Assembly: GCA_050230475.1 (NCBI GenBank) | Contig: JBFLGF010000125.1 | Location: forward strand, 1 to 64,000 | Origin: Ancylonema sp. | Taxonomy: Eukaryota | DNA length: 64,000 nucleotides | Direction: 5' to 3' | Shown here: positions 54,037-64,000 of the stretch, one piece after another | Position numbering within the stretch: position 1 is the first letter of the stretch | How the letters are laid out: every line of letters begins with the position of its first letter | Position numbers and translations under genes: made by a program | Notes under the pieces: model-generated | Databases searched by the model: none | What the model was told of the DNA's origin: nothing | Seen by the model: the letters and a program-made list of their open reading frames with translations, nothing else

Positions 54037-55281
54037 CCGTACCGGCCAGGTTTATAGCCCCACCGATTCGAACAAATATTTAGTTTACGTTAGCCCCACC
54101 CCTTAGACCCAGCCCCGTACCAATTATTTTTTAGGCCCCACCCTCAGCCCCATCCCATTTCTGGCAATTCTTTTCGTTGCCCCAGAGAAGATAAGACCCC
54201 ACCCCATTATCGGGGTAACGGGGTTTGCTCCTGTTAAATTAATACTTAAGAACCTCTCGTATCTGCTGTTAGCCTGTAATATGAGCCCCTCCCGGCAAAT
54301 ATCTGGGCTCCAGGCTTGAGGGAGCTCCCGTCTCCGGGCGGCAGCCCACTGCCCGGCTCGTTGGCTCACCGGATAAAGCCCCAGGCGGGAAAAACGAATT
54401 TTGGATAGGGAGTTCGTATTTCGACGCCCTAAAAATTATCTCGACGCCCCTTTCCACTGACTGGGACCGTAGATACGGTTCGAATAGACTTGGTGGCCTG
54501 TGAGCCGTCGGTGTGTCGTACGGATTATTCTTTAGATTCGACCGATTCTCGCTGGGCGACGTGGCTGTCGCTGACGCCAGTACCAGTGTCGGAGATTTGC
54601 GCACCGTCCGTAAGTGCAACGTGGCCTCTTCTGACGCCAGAACTGGTGTTCTAAATCCCGGCCCATGTCCTGTAGATTGCGGCACGTCGTCCGCTAGGTT
54701 AGGGACTGGCTACGAGCGACGCGGTTATGACGCAGATGTCATTCGCAAGCGATAACTAGTATCCAATCTGTAGACCAATGAGAAAGCCAGTAACGAACCT
54801 GCAGCCTGCCTGCTTGAGTGCAGCTGACGTCGGCGTCATAACCCCGTCACTCATAGCCAGTCCGTAACCTAGCGGACGACGTGCTGCGATCTACAGGACA
54901 TGGGCCGGGATTTCGAACACCAGTTCTGGCGTCAGAAGAGGCCACGTCGCACTTACGGACGGTGCGCAAATCTCCGACACTGGTACTGGCGTCAGCGACA
55001 GCCACGTCGCCCAGCGAGTATCGGTCGAATCTAAAGAATTGATCGTACACCAGACCGACGGCTCACAGGCCACCAAGTCTGCTCGAACCGTATCGACGGT
55101 CCCCGTCAGTGGAAAGGGGCGTCGAAATACGAACTCCCTTTTGGATAATGCCCCAGGTCGAAATATTGGCCGAATTTCCCGGTACTTAAGGCCCCAATTT
55201 ACATTTTTTAAAATTAATGTCCTTGCCCCGCCCCAGCACTTTGGTAATTATTTTCGGGGGCTATAAACCTGGTCGGTACGG
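54037..55281. mobile_element. CCGTA-ended Tc1/mariner MITE
   Basis: TA|CCGTACCGGCCAGGTTTATAGCCCC ... GGGGCTATAAACCTGGTCGGTACGG|TA. Confidence 0.88.
54408..55138. mobile_element. Mutator-like foldback element with ~300-bp TIRs
   Basis: 9-bp TSD TTTTGGATA (54399-54407 / 55139-55147); arms ~54408-54733 and ~54833-55138 are near-perfect reverse complements. Confidence 0.93.
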
Positions 55282-58027
55282 TATAGGACCTGAATCGGAA
55301 GTACGCCGGGGAAGGCGCGGGGCAATCGGAAGCCGGTACCCGACGAATAGGAAGTGGTACTCGACCGTTCGGAACCTTTTCGGAAGTGGTACCAATGTCC
55401 GTCGTCCGTCAGTCCCGCGTCCCGGAGTCCGTGGACGTTTTTTTGACGTACTGACGGGTAATGTAGATGTATCTAACATGTTTGGTATATATATGAATAT
55501 GAAAATATTATTGTACCTACATATACCATATACCATAAAATCGTGATGGGCGCATCGAATCGTGATGCGCCCTGTCGCTGGTGCGCGACGCGACAGGGAG
55601 CTCGTCCTGCATCAGGCTGCTAATGAAGTGCACGTCACGCATGGCACGCCATGGCTAATATTACGAGGGGGCAGCGTATCACCGGGAAGTGTTAGGATTT
55701 TGTTTCGGGTTTCCTCTTACGTTTGAGGGTGCAATGCATGCGCGCGAAGCAGAGCAGACAATAAAATTAGTAAGTGAAGGCCCACCAGGTCGTTCGACGC
55801 TGCTGCAGGGTGCCTGTTCGCGTGTGCGGTGCCCGTGGTGATGTGTCGCGATCTGAGTCCGGCGGTTGGTGGTCCGGCGACGTTCAGAAGATAGGGACAT
55901 GGCCATGTGCGCTGCTGTAAGGGGTTGGAGGTCCAGGATGCTTCGACGTGTTAGGTACGGACATAGACACGTGAAAGTCGCAATGTCGCTTCCTGTGGCA
56001 TCAATAATAATATGAACAGAGTGCTGAAATTGCGCGTTTATAATTTATAAACCGATTTGTTATGTGTGCTATTGATGATCACTTGTGCTAGTTTGCTTAC
56101 TGATGCGTATCGGCCCTCTTCTCTTCCCGACCCGACTACTGTAAAGGTATTTGTCATTGAATTCTTCAACCGTTAACACCTGATTGTTGACAGTAAATGC
56201 GCATGAAGTGAGGAAGCAGTGAAGTTGTTGACAGTTAATGCGCATGAAGTGAGTGCAGTTCATGCGCCCATAATGTTAGCATTCAGCATTCAGCATTCAG
56301 CTACTTTAAAACCCTTAACTCCTGATCGCTGACAGGTAATGCGCATGAATTGTGCTCAATTTATACACATTGTCAGCGCTCAGCCTTTCTTCCTTTTGAA
56401 CCCTTAAATATCCTTGACTGTTGACATGTGAAGCGCAGTATCCAAACTCGGTTTGTTCGCGCAAACAATCAGCAAGTGCGTTATTTTTTCTCTTTAACCC
56501 TTCAATCCTGACTGTTTACAGTTAATGCCTGGTGACAACATGAATTGAACTTGTTTATGCGTGCTTAATGTTAGTAGTCGGTCAGCCCTTATTCCTATTC
56601 TTCCCTTCTCTTGTCCGCCCATCGTCTGCCTCCTTGTCACTACTTGCCCAACTGTAAGCACCTCCCCCTCCCCACCCCCTCTCCTCCCTTCCCCACTTCT
56701 CCCCCTTTCCCCCCTCCCCCCCCCATCTTTGTGGGCTCCCGTCATTTCCTTTTTTTCCAAAATCCCTTTCAGCCGCCATGTATTTCCACCCGTTTTGGCC
56801 TCTTGTATCTAGCCGCCCTATCGTAAGTAGTACCCCCCCACCCCCCTCTTCATTCCCCCATGTGTGAGCACTTAATTATGCCCCCCTCATTGCAATTTGT
56901 GTGCCTCCCAAAACGCCCCCTGTTGTGCCCACTTCTTCTTTGTGAGCACTCTTCCCCTCCTCCTTTTTTTTAGCACTTCTTTGTGCCCTCCTTTTGGCAT
57001 CCTTTTATGTGTGTTGTCGGCACCATTTTGTGCCCCCTTTCTCATGAAGCATGAAATAAACAAAATCATAAAATGTGCAGAGAGCGACAAGTGGTGTATG
57101 TTGCTATTTTTAATCGGTACTATTTTCCGGATTTGGCAAGTGTTCTATAGAGTTTACCTTTCTTTGGAACTCGGGAGTTTGTAAGTAGGATAAGAGTTTC
57201 TAGTTATTCAATTTGAGTTAGTTATGAATTGTTTCGGATGATGGTGGGAGGACTTATTTGTGGTGGGTTTGTGAAGAAGTGACGAGTAACTTTACACATG
57301 CTTAGTGAGTCTTGTCAATATGATGTTATATGCGTCGTTCATAAATTCACATTTTCAATATTATATCGTTTGGTAAATCCAATTCATGGGGTACTGTTTT
57401 GAATTTATTTTCAGGTTTTGAGTAATAAATTGAATAACGAGAGCTGCGTAGTCCTGGTGTGATTGACTCGTATATCTTCATAGTGGTTTTTTGGTTATAT
57501 TTTTGCATCTTACTTGCGTCTTAGAGTTCGTTAGGGTTAATGTCCGCACGTGAAGAAAAATGTCAACAAGTATTGTGAAACTTTGTAGCAATTAAGATGC
57601 ATAGTCTGACAATTGGGGAAACGTAAACGTTTGATAGTATTGCTTAAGTGTTGTTATATTTTATTCGAGGGGGTTTGTGACATTTGTGCACGATGCACTA
57701 AGTTGGCGTTTTGACTTAGCAAAGTGATAGAAAATAGATGGTAATGTCAACATATACTCAAATATATGACAATTTACTCGTTTGAGATTGAAATAATCGG
57801 CCATGCAAAAAAATTCATTGGCATTAGAAACTAACATGCAAGCACCGTTTGTTTGATCTACACGTAATCGAATAAGTAATGAGCAAATAGCATCACAACA
57901 AGAAACGTTTTCGCCCTAAACCGGCCGAATATGGCCGGCCACTTTTGTAGGGTCCCAACCACGTAATGCAAAAACTTACACAAGAAAACTACCTCCCCTA
58001 ATAAACCAACAATCCGTCTAGTAGTCT

Positions 58028-59680
58028 TTAACAATGTCTTATAAATATAATACTATAATTTGAACCCGGCACTGCTGCTGCTGCTGCTGCTGCTGCTTTG
58101 TTTTTCTTGCGAATGGCTTGAGCCATTGTAAGTAAAGCACCTCCCTCCCTTCCTATAAGTTTTTTCAGACATATGACGCATGTACGCTCCCTGATCTCGT
58201 ATGTCCATATCGCAAATGTGCTTGAAAACAAGTTTGAGTTCATGAAAAAATATACTCCTTCTGTCGCTGCTCTTTCTATCATCCGCTGATCGCCACACTT
58301 TCGCATACTCACTCTTCCTATCCTCCATGATTAGGAATGAAGGACACCCGGCAACACCGGATTGAATGCGTTGAAAAGATCGGTAGGGGAGGTGATATTT
58401 TTGAAGACCTGATCAAATATAGCTCCTCGAATGGTTTTCAACGCGCCCAATTTCAGGTGTCGCTACGCTACCGACGCCATCGACGAGTTCTACAACTGTA
58501 CGCGGTACTTCCACTGTTGGGTTAATGGTTGGATTGACTAATTCTCGGCCGAGGAGGTCAGTGATGGTTTCCATCGCTGCTCGAAGTTGCTCCTTAATCT
58601 CCTCCTTTGCTGCATGAAACTCGTGTTTCATCCTTGCCACCTCTTTGTGGAGTCCCTCCTCTTCGTTTGGGGTCGTGTCCTGGGAGAGTAGGGGATGGTT
58701 TGTAGGGAAGGAGGGTGAGGGATGGTTTGGAAGGAAAGAGGGTTGGTCATTGCATCGCTACAATCTTCAATGTTTTTCCCTTCTGATTATTGCTTACTTT
58801 GTAGTTTGCGACCACTCGTCGGACTTCTTCTGCAAATGGGATCCACTCCGCGAGCTTGAAAACCTCGTGATTTAGAACTGGTGAAGAAGGATTTTTTTCG
58901 CATAGATCTTTTTGAAAACCACATTATTCTCACCTTTTGTTTCGAGTTGACGTGTTTCAATTTGCGGCGTTCAGAATCCCCTTGATGATAGGGTTGTGGC
59001 GAAGTCTCTGCTCCTCCTTGTCCATTGATGCGCACTCTCGTAGATGACGGTCCACAAACGACTTCATGTACTTCTGAAGCACATCGTAGCTTGCTCCCTA
59101 ATCCAGAACCCAGCCATGACCAGAGATTAATAAAATGGAAGGTATTCAAACACGCCTACCGAATCTAAGATAAGGGCAATAAATAATCACCTGTTCCGCT
59201 TTGTGTTTCAAAAAAGCAATGACCATATCCGTTGACAAGGGGATACCCTTTTTCCACCCAATAATCCTGCAGAATCACAATTAACAAGTTCATGAGCGCG
59301 TGACAAATTTTATAATCATAGGCGCATCTGTTGCCAATGAAAAATTTGCCGGCTGAAATGAATTCTCATTCATCAAGACGCCCTAGTTACTCTAAGAACT
59401 CAGTCGCAAGGTGGCAGTATAAATTGATTTCTTTAATAATAATAATTTGGATTGGTTAATTCAATGAAAACAATCCGAAAATATTTTTTATATATAAATG
59501 TATCTTACTATGAAGTTTTGATAGCTCGTGTTGTAGGTGTTCCTCGTGTAGTCCGACTGGTTATTTCCCGCCTCTGCAAGCATTTCGGCCGTCTCCTCGT
59601 CCGTAAACGCGAACGGAGGTCGAGATGTAGACGGCTCGCTCCCCCCCCCACCCCCTCCTCCTAATTCCGTATCCCCAATG
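58028..59680 (-). mobile_element. Crypton (CryptonF-like) relic: SAM-like N-terminal domain plus GCR1_C domain, catalytic core missing
   Basis: Reconstructed GT-AG exons 59679-59509, 59266-59191, 59097-58934 give TRNTYNTSYQNFI|DYWVEKGYPLV/TDMVIAFLKHKAEQ|GASYDVLQKYMKSFVDRH...NPIIKGIL. Then LNHEVFKLAEWIPFAEEV, a coiled coil, and KNITSPTDLFNAFN/GVAGCPS...EYAKVWR...DRRSIFFHELKLVFKHI. Several frameshifts; recognised by eye only. Confidence 0.6.
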
Positions 59681-61657
59681 AGAAAAGAACACATTGAACG
59701 TACTGTGAGGAGGAAAATCAACCACACAACCCTCCTCATGGTCGGGCACTCCGAAGACAAGAACATGCCGTGCGACGTCACGTTTCGACGGGTGCTCCCT
59801 GCACGCGGGAGTGAACTACTGAGGCAGTTACACGTGGGAGGGTTCGGGGGTCATGTTCGGGGTCTCGGCGAATCGGCGCATTCGGCACTATTTTTTTGTC
59901 CCGCCCGGCAGAACTGCTCGCAAAATTTTCCGCGCTCCGCGCGGATATTTCAGGTACCGGTACTTCCCAGTACTGTGACTTCGGACGTCCGCCGGTGCCG
60001 TCCGCCTTCCTACGGGTTCCGAAAACTTCCGACGCCCGCCGGCACCTCTTCCTATTCTTATGCGTAGACGTTTACAGTACATTCCATGATTTTGGAAACA
60101 ACCCGGCACCCCTGGGGTGTAGGAAGTACCCCCCCCCCTCCGGCGAATAATAATATAATTTTAACGCCTATGGCCGCGCACCGCGCGCGAAATTTGCGCA
60201 CGCGTGCGGGACGCGCAAGCCAAGGACCCAACTATGATGCCAAGCATAGTCTCATTGCCAACCATAGTTTCACCAATATGTGGGTGCCGTTTGCAAACAT
60301 CCGTTTGCATACGAGGCATACATGACCTGTGCCGTATGTAGCTTTCCATACGACTGATTATTCTTTATTAGTTTTGGAAAATAAAAAATAAAAACTCCAT
60401 GTCGGAGTTTCCCTATAAAAATAATCGTGTTTCCTTTGTTAATTTGTGTTGTTTCCATTTCTTTATTTATCGTCTTTATATCCATCCATGATAATTAAAT
60501 TCTATTTTTTAATGATTATTCACATCTTGTCGTTTTGTACTAAATGATAAATATATTTCAATATACCAAAACTTCGGCACTCCGTTCATCTTCCATCTTC
60601 CCCATTTCAAACCTTATATCCAATTATCTCATGCTTGCATTAACAAGGGGAAATATAATCTTTGCTCAACAATAAATACAAATTCCACTTCGTTTTTTTT
60701 TTCTCCCCCTCAAATCACATATTATTTATCCACATCATCGTCTTCTAACTGGAAGGGGTGGAGGAACGAGTTGACAAGCTGAGCGTGGAACGTGTCCGGT
60801 CAAGACTTCAATGAATGGTATCTTATTCTCGCCGCCAGTTACCTATACTCGCCGCCAAGTATCTAACCAAACCCTACACAAATTGCGTGTTCCATAGGTA
60901 CATCTATGAAGATGCTAATCGGAAAGACAATGTCAGTCGCTAAAACGTAGACCTACACCTACACCTACACTTTCAAGGTAGGCCAAAAGCTTAGGTTTAC
61001 GACGCACGAGCATTAGTTATTTTGTTATAGAACAACCATACCCCTAAAATGTTATTTTCAGTATGTAATTTTTGCCCGAACGTATGTAGCCGAGTGGAAG
61101 CTCCACGTATGGCTGGAAAATGTATGGGATTCGGAGTATGTGTTTTCTTTTGCCGTATGTGTGCAACTATGACGCCAACATGGATCTCCACTTTACATTG
61201 GAATCGAGAGCTAAGGCTTTTAATGAAAATGCTACCAACAATATCATATGGGATTACAAAAGATTATAATGTCCTCCGATTTGGGTTGTGCACAGCCACA
61301 TGTACCATACATGTTTTCGCACGCTCAAGGATTTGACGACACGTATCCACGTGTCCAAACATCGTTATTAGAAACATCCTCGCGAGTTCTCCCATATGAA
61401 GTTAAATAAACACTGAATAAGATACATCCGCTATACTAAAATTTTCCCCAACACTTTTCCTGCGCTCATATGCGCTCGCTGGCGTGACACGTGGTGTTCA
61501 CGGTCGCAACGCGGGTCTCGATTGTGAAGTCATGGCTGTGCCCACTAGTATTGCGCTTGGATTGCCGTCTTCAAGTCAGACCTGCTAGAACGTCCAAAGT
61601 TCCAGGCAGTAGTTGCAAATTTCGGTTTGCGGGGGCTGGTAGTGTCGCCTGGTACCG

Positions 61658-64000
61658 ATGGCTGCCAATGCCTTGACCATGAATGTTATGCTGGCCATCA
61701 AAGCGAAACACACCAGCAATCTTGAATTGTACAGGCCGCTGCGCCATTTCAGAGTAGCGCACTATTCGGAGCGAGAAGCTCAGAGTGCTGAGGATGATCT
61801 GCACGCACTGCAGCAGATGCGAGTCGACATGGAGGCGCAAGGGGATGCTTTAGAGCCTCGTCGGGACCTTCTACAGAAGTATTACCGCGCCCTCTGTGTC
61901 GTCGAGACGCGGTTTCCCTTCAGCAACCAACGCGATCATGTAAATTCTGTGTTCTTCACATGGTTCGATGCGTTCAAGCCTAACAAGAAAGCCAGCCAGC
62001 AAAACATTTATTTCGAGACAGCGGGGGTGCTATTCAACGTGGCGGCAGCTCAAAGTCAACTGGGCTTGGCAGCAGACCGCTCGTCTGTGGCAGGTCTGCG
62101 ACAAGCCTGCAATTCGTTCCAGGCTGCGGCTGGCGCTTTCGCCTATCTCCGAGACAATGTCTCTATCAAAGCTGCCGGAGGGAATCCGGGAAACACGACC
62201 ACAGACGTCTCGTCGGAGTGTGCTGGGATGTTGGAACGCCTGATGCTTGCGCAGGCGCAGGAGTGTTTCTTTGAGAAGGTGCTGGCAGACGAGAAGCCGG
62301 CCGTTTTGTGTGGAAAGATTGCAAAGCAAGTGGGAATGTTCTATGAGGAAGCTTACGCGGCTCTTCTACTCCCGCCTCTGAACCAGCACTTCGACCGCAG
62401 CTGGATTTGTCATGTTCAACTGAAGGCCGCTATGTTTCAGGTCGAGTCGCTGTACCGAACGGCTATCGACTTGCACGAGAACGACAATATCGGGGACGAG
62501 ATTGCGAGGTTGAAGGCGGGTCTGGCCATTCTGACAGAGGCTCGGAAGAGTGTCGGACGGGGCACCGTGGCCCCACTGCTCGATTCCGTGGCCAAACTGG
62601 AGGCCAACGTGCAGCGAAACCTAGAGCGCGCCATCAAGGAGAACGAACGCGTCTACCTCATGCGGGTGCCTGCCTTCGAGAGTCTCCCCCCCGTCGTGGC
62701 AGCCAGCTTGGTGCAGCCGACTTCTCAGCACGAGGTTCTGGACCCTTCCCGCGAAAAGATGTTTGTGGGCCTCGTGCCGGACAGCTCCGCCAAGGCTCTG
62801 TCCAAGTACACGGAGATGGTGGACAGCCTCATTCGCGAACAGGCACAGAAGCTGCAGAACGAGTCGGACCTCACACGTGTTAAGCTCCGGGAGATGGACC
62901 TTCCCGACTCCCTCCTCGCGCTGGACGGGGGTCAGTTGCTGCCCGAGGCCGTCAAGGACGACGTGGAGGCGGTGATGCTGGACGGGGGGGCAGCCGGGCT
63001 GGGTGGGGAGATGGCCCAGGTGCGCGACCTGCGGCGGGTGAACCAGGAGCTGTTGGTGCAGACCGAGGAGGTGCTGGACAAGGAGGCACGGGAGGACGCG
63101 CAGATCCGCACCCAGTTCGGCACCCGCTGGACCCGCCCCGCCTCCTCCACCCTCACCAAGAACCTGCGCGACCGCGCCAACGGGTTTGCTGCCAACTTGA
63201 AGCAGGCGGCCGACTCTGACGCGCGCATCGAGCGCACCATCACGGAACACGAGGACCTCATGGCCATCCTCGCCATCCGACCGATCGAGGCTGCGCTGCC
63301 AACGCTCAGCCGTCCGCTGATGTCCGTGCACGGGAACGAGGACACGATTGCTGGGAGATTGAAGCAGCAGCTGGTGAGCAGAGGTGGGCAGCAGGGAGAG
63401 AACCGGAGGGAGGCTGAGGTCGGGGTTGGGTGCAGGCGGAGCTGGAGAAGCTGGGGTCGCAGCGGGCGGGACTGGAGGACCTTCTCAAGGATATGAAGAG
63501 GAAGGTGAGGTGGAGGAGGAGGAGGGAGGGTAGAAGGTGGGAGGGAGGGTGGTGGCAGGAGAGCAGAGTCCCTGAGGGGGGTAGGTTGTGTTGTTTGCAG
63601 GACGACATTCTTGGTCGTATGATGAACAATCCCGCGGGTGCCTCCTACGATGACCTCTTCCAACAGGAGCTGGCCAAGTACCACCCCATAGTAGCACAGA
63701 TTGCCAAAAACGTGGAGGCCCAGGATGCCCTGCTGCAGCACATCAAGGTCAGGCACCGCCTCTGCGTCCCAACCCCAACACACAACACGGGGGCTGAACA
63801 GGGGGGGGGGCAGAGCCGGTTTGCAGATTCAAAACGACGCCTTTGGTGCCGCCCTTAACCTGGGCGACCACAAGCGCGCGCGCGACGCCGTGGTGACGAA
63901 GATTGGGAGTGCGGTGGCCAAGTACCGAGAGATCCGCGACAACATGAACGAGGGACTCAAGTTCTACATCACCCTCCAGGACGCCATCACCGCCCTGAAG
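61658..64000 (+). CDS. ALIX: BRO1-domain ESCRT accessory protein ALIX (3'-truncated by the window)
   Basis: Exons 61658-63373, 63436-63504, 63601-63747, 63827->64000. Motifs ETRFPFS, FTWFDAF, ETAGVLFN, ERLMLAQAQECFFEK, KENERVYLMRVP, QFGTRWTRPASSTLTK and NMNEGLKFYITLQDAI. Confidence 0.96.

Noticed and set aside
54513..55076. Two near-identical ORFs on opposite strands
   Set aside because: Consequence of the foldback TIRs; no coding evidence.
62621..63783. Long antisense ORFs over ALIX
   Set aside because: Shadow frames from high-GC codon usage.

Overview
Eukaryotic, intron-containing, TE-rich genomic DNA. It is most consistent with a non-angiosperm streptophyte (green alga/early plant); this is inferred from plant-like AP2M/SLY1/ALIX/MATH/BC10 proteins plus a Chlamydomonas-PTA/fungal-type phosphate transporter. 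Seven host genes: a damaged PTA/PHO84-type MFS phosphate transporter (+), a PPX1/PRUNE DHH exopolyphosphatase (-), AP-2 mu subunit (+), SLY1 (+), a MATH/TRAF protein (-), a BC10/DUF266 glycosyltransferase (-) and ALIX/BRO1 (+, runs off the end). Between them lie several decayed Copia fragments; a nested stack (CCGTA-MITE > non-autonomous LTR element > full-length half-tRNA-primed Copia); a hAT-like element carrying two nested pogo-like MITEs; Mutator-like foldback MITEs with 9-bp TSDs; a 680-bp (TA)n; and many 7-bp-period repeats. The most unexpected element is an intron-containing, frameshifted relic at ~58.0-59.7 kb (-). It appears to have the N-terminal SAM-like domain and the C-terminal GCR1_C domain of CryptonF-type tyrosine-recombinase transposons but lacks the catalytic core. 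All family assignments are by-eye motif recognition; no database searches were run.
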